From positions 1 through 22,657 of the forward strand of contig JBDKFG010000076.1 of NCBI GenBank assembly GCA_039798785.1: a stretch of 22,657 bases of DNA, written 5' to 3'. The notes beneath the pieces are model-generated. The model saw only the letters and a list, made by a program, of their open reading frames with translations. It had not been told where the DNA came from and did not search any database. This DNA is from Verrucomicrobiota bacterium (GTDB taxonomy: Bacteria; Verrucomicrobiota; Lentisphaeria; Lentisphaerales; Lentisphaeraceae). The position numbers were made by a program, and so were the translations under genes. How positions within the stretch are numbered: the stretch's first letter is position 1; each line of letters begins with the position of its first letter. Below, piece by piece: positions 1 to 6,647 of the stretch.

Positions 1-175
1 ACAGGTGGACTACGCCTGGGCGTTCACGGCTAAAGTGTTCGGTCGCTATTTTCTGGTCAGCCATGACTTGCCTCCGACGAGTTGAGTGCCAATGGCTAAT
101 AAACAGGCTGCTGAAGAGCAGAAGAAGCATGTCGAGCATCTCCGCAAGCAGTCGAAGGAGCTTCTCGATGGCTAG
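1..175. other. Ambiguous gene fragment at the window edge
   Basis: The + frame from 2 reads QVDYAWAFTAKVFGRYFLVSHDLPPTS*VPMANKQAAEEQKKHVEHLRKQSKELLDG* (TGA 83-85, TAG 173-175). Alternatively, a - strand ATG at 64-62 with GGAGG 6 nt upstream reads MADQKIATEHFSRERPGVVHL and runs off the window. The sequence alone does not decide between them. Confidence 0.3.
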
Positions 176-353
176 CTGAGCGATTGCGACAAGGATGCGC
201 CGGGAAGCGTCCGCGCCAAGGCGGCCCTTGCTAGATTCAGGCCGGTTTGAGCTCATCCCGCCAGCCAAGGCAGGCTAAATGGATTGACACAGGTCGAAAT
301 CAATAGCTGTGAGACTCCGAGTTTAATCCACCCCAATCATCTGCCGACATGAC

Positions 354-399
354 AAGCCCGCCGGAAACCCTTGTCCCCAAGATTCCGACGGGCTTTTTT
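354..399 (+). terminator. Intrinsic terminator hairpin, possibly bidirectional (also lies just past the glnK stop)
   Basis: AAGCCCGCCGGAA...TTCCGACGGGCTT stem followed by a T-run on the + strand. Confidence 0.6.
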
Positions 400-411
400 G
401 CCGAGGTTTTT

Positions 412-753
412 TCAGCCGATGGCGGCGTTGCCGGTCTCGCCAGTGCGGATCCGAATGCATTTCTCGATGTCGACGACGAAGATCTTGCCATCGCCGATGT
501 TGCCGCTCTGAGCTCCGCCCAGGATGGCGTCGATCGCCGGTTGGACAAATTCCTCGTTGACCCCGATCTCGAGCTTGATCTTGCGCAGGAGCGAGCCACC
601 CTCCTTGTGCGATCGGTAGACCTCGGCTATGCCCTTCTGACGACCATGGCCCATCACTTGAGTGACGGTGACCAGGTGGATCTGCTTCTCCTCGAGCTTC
701 TGCAGGACTTCGTCGAGACGATCGGGCTGGATGATGGCGATGATGTATTTCAT
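412..753 (-). CDS. glnK: P-II nitrogen regulatory protein (GlnK-type, Amt-linked)
   Basis: 113 aa with GxGRQKG, a T-loop containing R47, K58, and GxIGDGKIFV...IRIRTGE. Directly downstream of amt. Confidence 0.95.
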   Translation of the reverse strand: MKYIIAIIQPDRLDEVLQKLEEKQIHLVTVTQVMGHGRQKGIAEVYRSHKEGGSLLRKIKLEIGVNEEFVQPAIDAILGGAQSGNIGDGKIFVVDIEKCIRIRTGETGNAAIG

Positions 754-776
754 GGTTGCCTCTGGAACAGGGGTGA

Positions 777-2153
777 TCAGTCGATGATGGTGTAGGCCGA
801 TTCTTTATGCTGGGTGACGTCGAGACCGACGGTCTCCTCGTGGTTCGAGGCACGCAGGGTGCTGACGAAGTTGATCAGCTTGAGCAGGACAAAGGTGACC
901 ACGGCGGCATAGACCGCGATGATCGCAATGCCTTTCATCTGGTTTACGACCTGGGTGCCGCCAGTCTGGGTGGCGAAGCTGTTGATGACGCTGCTGGCGA
1001 ACAAACCAGCTCCGAGGGTGCCGACGATGCCGGCGATGCCGTGAACGCCGAAGACGTCGAGGGTGTCGTCGTAGCCGAAGCGGTTCTTCAGCTTGATGAC
1101 GAAGATCCAGGCGAGGGCCGAGGCGACGACACCGACGAGGATGCCGGCGCCGGGGCTGATGTAGCCGGCGGTGGGGGTGGCGGCGACCAGGCCGGCGATG
1201 ACGCCGGAGATCAGGCCGAGGACGGTGGGCTTGCCGTGGAACCAGGCGTCGAGGAGGGCCCAGGTGATGCCGGCGGCGGCGGTGGCGAGCTGGGTGACGA
1301 GGACGGCATTCACCGCCAAGGCGTTGGCGCCAAGGGCGCTGCCGGCGTTGAAGCCGATCCAGCCGATCCACAAGAGGCAGGCGCCGGTCACCGCCAAGGG
1401 CAGGTTATGCGGCGGCGACATGTGGTTGGGATAGCCCTTGCGCTTGCCCAAGACCAGGGCGCAGACCAAACCGGAAATGCCGCAGGTGACCTCAATCACG
1501 GCGCCGCCGGCAAAGTCGTAAACCGCATTGCCCGCTTTCTGCACGTCGGCATTCAAGACGCTCATGAAACCGGTGTCACTCCACACCCAGTGGGCGATCG
1601 GGCAGTACACCGCCGCTGTCCACAAGATGATGAAGAGTATAAAGGCAGGGAAGCGCATCCGCTCGGCGAAGGCGCCGGCGACCACCGCCGGAGTGATCAC
1701 TGCGAAATGCATCTGGAAAATCGCAAAGGCCGCATGCGGAATATTCTTGCCGTCCACCGAGTAGGATGGGTGCGCCTGATCGAGGGCGACGCCCTTAAAG
1801 AAGGCCCAGTCCAAGCCGCCGATGAAGCCGTTGCCGGGACTGAAGGCCAAACTATATCCGATCGCATGCCAGAACAGGCTGATCACGCAGGCCGCCGCCA
1901 GACATTGCATCAGGATCGACAAGACGTTCTTGCGGCGCACCAGGCCGCCGTAGAACAGCGCCAAGCCGGGAATGCTCATCATCAACACCAGGATCGAGCA
2001 GACCAACACCCATGCGGTGTCGCCGGTGTTGATCGGCGCCGGAGCTGCCGCCTGCACCAGCGGTGCGGCCGCTTCCGCCGCTGCTTGCGTCACAGGTGCC
2101 AAGGCCTCCGCCGCGCCCTGTTGCATCCATTGAGAAAGACTCGCTATGTTCAT
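777..2153 (-). CDS. amtB: Ammonium transporter (Amt family)
   Basis: PGLALFYGGLVR, FQxxFA, GAFAER, HWVW, DFAGG, WIGWIGFNAGS and DDTLDVFGVHG motifs; AAGGAGG RBS upstream of the ATG. Confidence 0.97.
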   Translation of the reverse strand: MNIASLSQWMQQGAAEALAPVTQAAAEAAAPLVQAAAPAPINTGDTAWVLVCSILVLMMSIPGLALFYGGLVRRKNVLSILMQCLAAACVISLFWHAIGYSLAFSPGNGFIGGLDWAFFKGVALDQAHPSYSVDGKNIPHAAFAIFQMHFAVITPAVVAGAFAERMRFPAFILFIILWTAAVYCPIAHWVWSDTGFMSVLNADVQKAGNAVYDFAGGAVIEVTCGISGLVCALVLGKRKGYPNHMSPPHNLPLAVTGACLLWIGWIGFNAGSALGANALAVNAVLVTQLATAAAGITWALLDAWFHGKPTVLGLISGVIAGLVAATPTAGYISPGAGILVGVVASALAWIFVIKLKNRFGYDDTLDVFGVHGIAGIVGTLGAGLFASSVINSFATQTGGTQVVNQMKGIAIIAVYAAVVTFVLLKLINFVSTLRASNHEETVGLDVTQHKESAYTIID

Positions 2154-2373
2154 GACTCCTCCTTTTTCATTACGTAAACTGTATGATCATCGCCAAGTTA
2201 TCGATTTTTGGAACAAATCAAGCCCAGTCAATCACAGACTGCGTCAAAAAACCGTCGCAGCCAAGATTTCCGTGAGAATCATCGAAGCTCCAAGCCAGCT
2301 CAGCAATCCTGTGCGGCAACTGTCATGGATGGATTATATTGCCCGGCCAAAATCAGCCCAAGAGAGCCCGACC

Positions 2374-3663
2374 ATGATCCGTCTTGAATATACCGGCGAC
2401 CTCGCCGCCCCCGCCTTCGCCCCGCTCTTCCGCCGCGACGCCTTCCCCGATGATGTCGCGGACGCCGCCAAAGCCATTCTCGACGATGTCAAGGCCCGCG
2501 GCGACGCCGCCCTCGTCGACTACGCCCGCAAGTTCGACAAGGTCGAACTCAAAGCCGGCGCCTTTGCGGTCAGCGCTCAAGAATGGGACTCCTGCATCAC
2601 CCAGGTCTCGCCGGAATTGAAGCAGGCGATCCACCTCGCCCACGCCAACATCCTCGACTTCTCCCGCCGCCGGCTGCCGCAAGCTTGGCACGCCGAGCCG
2701 CGCTCTGGCGTCAAGCTCGGCGAGAAGTTCGCCCCCCTCGATCGGATCGCCTGCTACGTCCCCGGCGGCACCGCGCCGCTGGTCTCCACCGTCCTCCACA
2801 CCGCCACCCTCGCCCAGGCCGCCGGAGTCAAGGAAATCGTCGTCACCACCCCCGCCCGTGCCGACGGCTCGATCAACCCCGCCATCCTCTTCGCCGCCCG
2901 GGTCGCTGGCGCCACCGAAGTGCTCAAGCTCGGCGGCGTCTACGCCATCGGCGCCCTCGCCTACGGCACCCAATCGGTGCGAAAGGCGCAGAAGATCGTC
3001 GGCCCCGGCAACGCCTACGTCACCGCCGCCAAACGCTTCGTCTACGGCCACTGCTCCCTCGATCTCGTCGCCGGCCCCTCGGAAGTGATGGTCATCGCCG
3101 ACCAAGCCGCCAATCCCGCCTTCATCGCCGCCGACCTGCTGTCGCAGGCGGAACACGGCTCCGGCCGGGAACAGGCGGTCTGCGTCTCCGACTCCGCCGC
3201 ATTGCTCGACGCAGTCGCCGCCGAACTGCTCAAGCAGAAGGCCCTCCTCGGCCGGATCGAATGCGTCGACAAGGTGCTCGAATCGGGCGTCTTCCTGATC
3301 CTGGTGAAGGATATGGACACCGCCGCCGCGGTCGCCGAGGCCTACGCCCCCGAACACCTCGAGATCGAAACTCACGATGCCGATGCGGTGGCCGCAAAGA
3401 TCAGCACCGCCGGCGCGATTTTCCTCGGCCCCTGGACCCCCGAGCCGGTCGGCGATTTTGTCGCCGGCCCCAGCCACGTCCTGCCCACCGGCGGCGCCGG
3501 CAAACACTTCAGCGGCCTGACCGTCGACCAGTTCTTCCGCCGCAGCTCCCTGGTGCGCTACTCAAAAGAAGCGCTCGCCCGCGAAGTCGGCGCCATCAAA
3601 GCCTTCGCCGAGGCCGAAGGCTTGGACGCGCACGGACGCTCGGGTACGATCCGGTTTGAGTGA
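2374..3663 (+). CDS. hisD: Histidinol dehydrogenase
   Basis: YVPGG, KIVGPGNAYV, AGPSEV, DLLSQAEH, APEHL, GDFVAGPSHVLPT and EGLDAH motifs. Start placed at ATG 2374, where host-like codon usage begins. Confidence 0.96.
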   Translation: MIRLEYTGDLAAPAFAPLFRRDAFPDDVADAAKAILDDVKARGDAALVDYARKFDKVELKAGAFAVSAQEWDSCITQVSPELKQAIHLAHANILDFSRRRLPQAWHAEPRSGVKLGEKFAPLDRIACYVPGGTAPLVSTVLHTATLAQAAGVKEIVVTTPARADGSINPAILFAARVAGATEVLKLGGVYAIGALAYGTQSVRKAQKIVGPGNAYVTAAKRFVYGHCSLDLVAGPSEVMVIADQAANPAFIAADLLSQAEHGSGREQAVCVSDSAALLDAVAAELLKQKALLGRIECVDKVLESGVFLILVKDMDTAAAVAEAYAPEHLEIETHDADAVAAKISTAGAIFLGPWTPEPVGDFVAGPSHVLPTGGAGKHFSGLTVDQFFRRSSLVRYSKEALAREVGAIKAFAEAEGLDAHGRSGTIRFE

Positions 3664-3690
3664 GGATTGGGGAAGATCCAAGTTCTCAAT

Positions 3691-3720
3691 GCAGACTGGG
3701 AGAGTCCCGGCTGCTTTGTT
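3691..3720 (+). terminator. Hairpin between the convergent hisD and islet genes; probable terminator
   Basis: GCAG(A)CTGGGA-gag-TCCCGGCTGC followed by TTTGTT. Confidence 0.45.
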
Positions 3721-3721
3721 G

Positions 3722-4096
3722 TCATGAAATCCAGCAGCCATCTACTTCCAGCATCCAAACTCCAGCAACTTTCTTGGCAAGGAAACTGTAGCCTTTCGCC
3801 GCCAGGCTCCCTTTGTATTCGATCAGGATGCCGATTCTCACTTCATCGGCATTGATGACAGTCATCCCTGTGATTAACTCGGCGCTTTCTTTCTGCTGCT
3901 GGACTTTCCTCAGAATCTCATCAAAATCACCTTGGCTGATGCCACAGCCAGGAAGGTAGCGAAGTGATTTTTTCGCCTCCACCCCCATTCTCAAGGGATA
4001 GGGGGTAAAAGGGTTGGGCGAGGTCCAAATCCACAGGGTGAGCCCAGTGATCCCGGCAACACCCCAGGCTAGGCCTTTGATCCATTTGTCATTCAT
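3722..4096 (-). CDS. Membrane-anchored hypothetical protein, paralogue 3 (most diverged)
   Basis: N-terminus MNDKWIKGLAWGVAGITGLTLWIWT resembles the two upstream paralogues; GAGGAG RBS; C-terminal KKxxGxW motif shared. Confidence 0.8.
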   Translation of the reverse strand: MNDKWIKGLAWGVAGITGLTLWIWTSPNPFTPYPLRMGVEAKKSLRYLPGCGISQGDFDEILRKVQQQKESAELITGMTVINADEVRIGILIEYKGSLAAKGYSFLAKKVAGVWMLEVDGCWIS

Positions 4097-4172
4097 GAAG
4101 ACTCCTCAGCTGCTTTGATCTCACTCTCTTGGGGCAGGAAAGCAAGAAACTGTTGAGTATCCGAGCTCCCAC

Positions 4173-4197
4173 GGGCTCGCCGGCATCCTGCCGGCTG
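4173..4197. repeat. REP-like palindrome, copy 1
   Basis: GGGCTCGCCGGCATCCTGCCGGCTG with an internal GCCGGC-N5-GCCGGC hairpin; exact reverse complement of 5392-5416. Confidence 0.8.
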
Positions 4198-4250
4198 GTT
4201 CGACTAGGTGATGATTGGGACATCAATAGACACCGAAAAATGCTGAGAGC

Positions 4251-4757
4251 TTAGAACTCGCCGAAGAGGCCTTCAGAGGCAATCAACTGCCAATGAACTC
4301 CCTTTTTTACGAGCAGATAACTTGTCATGGAGTGGCTGTTCCGATTCAAGTGCTCGAGAACTCGACATTCCAAGACCGAATTCGCTGCGGGAACATGACC
4401 AAGATAGATCTTCGCTTTCTGCCAAAAGAACGCGCCAAAATTGGGTGGACCGTCACCAGAAGTCCATGGTGGAGGCCAAGCTTCTACGTCAATGGGTGGG
4501 GAATTAGGCAGCGAGGGATCCTTGTCGTAGAAAACAAAACCGGAGATCACATCGCGGAAACCCGTCTGCTGATTGACCATAAAAACAATCTCCCGATACT
4601 CGCCTTCGCTAATCGGCCACTGAGGCTGATACCGCGAAGCTCTTTTTGCCTCAACCCAACTCTTCAGCGGGTAGGGTAGAGACCAGATCCACAAGAAGCA
4701 AAGTCCAGTGATGATAGCGATGGTCCAGGCGATACGAGTGAGCCATTTGTCTTTCAT
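4251..4757 (-). CDS. Membrane-anchored hypothetical protein, paralogue 2
   Basis: 168 aa with an N-terminal TM segment and GAGGAG RBS; 5' half about 91% identical in DNA to 4776-5228 (manual count). Confidence 0.85.
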   Translation of the reverse strand: MKDKWLTRIAWTIAIITGLCFLWIWSLPYPLKSWVEAKRASRYQPQWPISEGEYREIVFMVNQQTGFRDVISGFVFYDKDPSLPNSPPIDVEAWPPPWTSGDGPPNFGAFFWQKAKIYLGHVPAANSVLECRVLEHLNRNSHSMTSYLLVKKGVHWQLIASEGLFGEF

Positions 4758-4775
4758 CGGGACTCCTCAGATGCG

Positions 4776-5228
4776 TCAATTGTAATAATCGCAGTAAAGA
4801 GTCTCTAAGACCTCCCATTTTCCAGCTTTCTTGAGCAGGATGAAAAGAGTGTTTGAGCCGCTATGATTTCTCCTTTTTTGAAGCACAGAGATGCGAACAA
4901 TGGAATTCGGAGGCGGCTCAGCCCCCAAAGCCACTCGGGCTTTTTGCCAAGTGTCGCCGATGGCAGACGGGGAATCGGGACGCGAGGGATCAGTGTCGTA
5001 GAAATCAAAACCGGAGATCACATCGCGGAAACCCGCTTTCTGATTGACCATGTCGACAATCTCCCGATACTCGCCTTCGCTAATCGGCCACTGAGATTGA
5101 TATCGCGAAGCTTTTTTCGCCTCAAGCCAAGTCTTCAGCGGGTAAGGTAGAGACCAGATCCACAGGAGGCAAAGCCCCGTGATGATAGCGATGGTCCAGG
5201 CGATACGGGTGAGCCATTTGTCTTTCAT
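4776..5228 (-). CDS. Membrane-anchored hypothetical protein, paralogue 1
   Basis: Start set at MKDKWLTRIAW by homology to paralogue 2; AGGGGA upstream; 150 aa. Confidence 0.85.
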   Translation of the reverse strand: MKDKWLTRIAWTIAIITGLCLLWIWSLPYPLKTWLEAKKASRYQSQWPISEGEYREIVDMVNQKAGFRDVISGFDFYDTDPSRPDSPSAIGDTWQKARVALGAEPPPNSIVRISVLQKRRNHSGSNTLFILLKKAGKWEVLETLYCDYYN

Positions 5229-5265
5229 CCAGGAGGATCCCCTAGCTACGTTGATCGTTGATCTC

Positions 5266-5294
5266 ACTCTATGACTATGGGCGAAGGAAAGCAA
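5266..5294 (-). promoter_or_regulatory. Putative sigma70-type promoter for the paralogue array
   Basis: TTGCTT-17 nt-TAGAGT on the - strand; a degenerate copy with a shortened spacer lies upstream of paralogue 3 (about 4115-4148). Confidence 0.45.
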
Positions 5295-5305
5295 GGAAAA
5301 CCCCT

Positions 5306-5419
5306 ACTGGGCTCGTCGGCATCCTGTCGGCATGTTCTGCAAGCTCATCGCTCGATGGTCTTTCCTTCCTCAGTCGCTCCCCGTCCGAACGCAGCCGGCA
5401 GGATGCCGGCGAGCCCAGT
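5306..5419. repeat. Inverted REP-like doublet (REPIN-like)
   Basis: 26-nt arms at 5306-5331 and 5394-5419, complementary except for two G.T wobble positions. Confidence 0.8.
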
Positions 5420-5500
5420 GAGGAACGTCAGCAAAAGGAAGCTGCCGCGATGCGGCATCCGCACAACACCCGGCACGGAGGCTGGGACTCCCAGGTTTTT

Positions 5501-5839
5501 TCACCACGGGCCTTGGTTCGTGAGCTTGAGAAACCAGAGTGGCAGGCTCCGGCTTTTGCGAACGGATGTAACCACTAAATGGGGCTGCTCTTCAGCCAGA
5601 TGATCATCAGGCGGATGTCCTACGGATACGATCAGCTTATGGCAGCCTTGATGCCAAACCCTGATGGATTTCTCGCCAAATTCAAAGTCGCTGATGCCGA
5701 GCCGTGACAACATCTCGGCTTTGGTCATGCCGGGATGAATGTCATTCCACGCCGCCGGCGCTGGAGCGAGAAGGACACTGGCGAGCAAGCAGAGAACAAA
5801 GACCGCAAGAGACAAAAGCGTGATCTTGCGGTTGTTCAT
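5501..5839 (-). CDS. Small exported hypothetical protein with a BamE/SmpA-like motif
   Basis: Signal-like N-terminus (MNNRK, hydrophobic core, APA) followed by IHPGMTKAEMLSRLG. Confidence 0.7.
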   Translation of the reverse strand: MNNRKITLLSLAVFVLCLLASVLLAPAPAAWNDIHPGMTKAEMLSRLGISDFEFGEKSIRVWHQGCHKLIVSVGHPPDDHLAEEQPHLVVTSVRKSRSLPLWFLKLTNQGPW

Positions 5840-5843
5840 CGGC

Positions 5844-5891
5844 TCACCCCAGCTTGCCCGTCTTGACTTCGCGCTCGCCGCAAACCAGTTT
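5844..5891 (-). repeat. Degenerate direct copy of the metG 3' end (att-like scar)
   Basis: 46 of 48 nt identical to 6648-6710 once the 15 nt at 6664-6678 are removed; includes the stop codon. Confidence 0.9.
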
Positions 5892-5899
5892 ATGGCAGC

Positions 5900-6631
5900 T
5901 CATTGAGCAGACTCGCCGACAATGACATCCACCATGCCAAAAGCCTTGGCTTCCGTTGCGTTCATCCAACAGTCTTTCTCAGTTGCTAATTCAATGGCAT
6001 TAACATTCTGACTGGTGTGCTGGGCGATCAGTGAGTTGAGGATTTTTCTAATCCGACGAATTTCAGTGATCTGTTTATCTGTGTTGTCCCTGTTGGCAGT
6101 TGGCGTGCCCCATGGTTGATGAATCATGATTCGTGAATTGGGAAGACATTGACGCTTACCTTTTTTTCCTCCACAGAGCAAAATTGCACCCATGGAAGCG
6201 GCCTGACCTAGGCAGACGGTCTCCACCTCACAGGTCAGGAACTGCATCGTATCGTAGATCATCATGCCGGCAGTCACTGAACCACCTGGAGAGTTAATCA
6301 GAAGCTTGATCGGCTTCTTAGGGTCCTCAGATTGCAGGAAGAGCAGCTGCGCAACAATGGAGTTTGCGACTGACTCATCAATTTGAGTCGATAGAACAAC
6401 TGTGCGATCCTTGAGAAGCTGCGCATTGATGGATTCACTGCGTTTGCCGCAAATCTCATCAATAGTCAGATTAGAAAACTCGATTCTTGGTGGTGTGTGC
6501 GCATTTGGTATGGGTGTGTTTGGTGCACTGGAATGCACCAGACCAGAGGCGTCGGTGGTCGCGCACAACTTCCAGCCAAGTAGGGCTATCAGAACAATGC
6601 TGAAGAAATGGATGATGTAGTGCCGATTCAT
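5900..6631 (-). CDS. clpP: ClpP-family (S14) serine protease with an N-terminal signal/anchor segment
   Basis: INSPGGSVTAG, GQAASMG (Ser), IMIHQP (His), EKDCWM (Asp) and GMVDV motifs; GAGGA RBS 6 nt before the ATG; AT-richer than its neighbours. Confidence 0.9.
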   Translation of the reverse strand: MNRHYIIHFFSIVLIALLGWKLCATTDASGLVHSSAPNTPIPNAHTPPRIEFSNLTIDEICGKRSESINAQLLKDRTVVLSTQIDESVANSIVAQLLFLQSEDPKKPIKLLINSPGGSVTAGMMIYDTMQFLTCEVETVCLGQAASMGAILLCGGKKGKRQCLPNSRIMIHQPWGTPTANRDNTDKQITEIRRIRKILNSLIAQHTSQNVNAIELATEKDCWMNATEAKAFGMVDVIVGESAQ

Positions 6632-6647
6632 TGTGCTTCCTCAGTTT

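Noticed and set aside
284..315. TTGACA as a -35 element
   Set aside because: No credible -10 at 16-18 nt and no + strand gene downstream.
2154..2373. Sigma54 promoter or NrpR-type operator upstream of amtB
   Set aside because: Candidate -24/-12 sites lack correct GG-N10-GC spacing, and no GGAA-N6-TTCC was seen.
4511..5229. DGR template/variable repeat pair
   Set aside because: The mismatches are not adenine-specific, both copies are the 5' halves of intact genes, and there is no reverse transcriptase in the window.
3664..6647. Integron cassette array
   Set aside because: No RYYYAAC...GTTRRRY attC structure was found at the junctions and there is no intI; the palindromes look REP-like.
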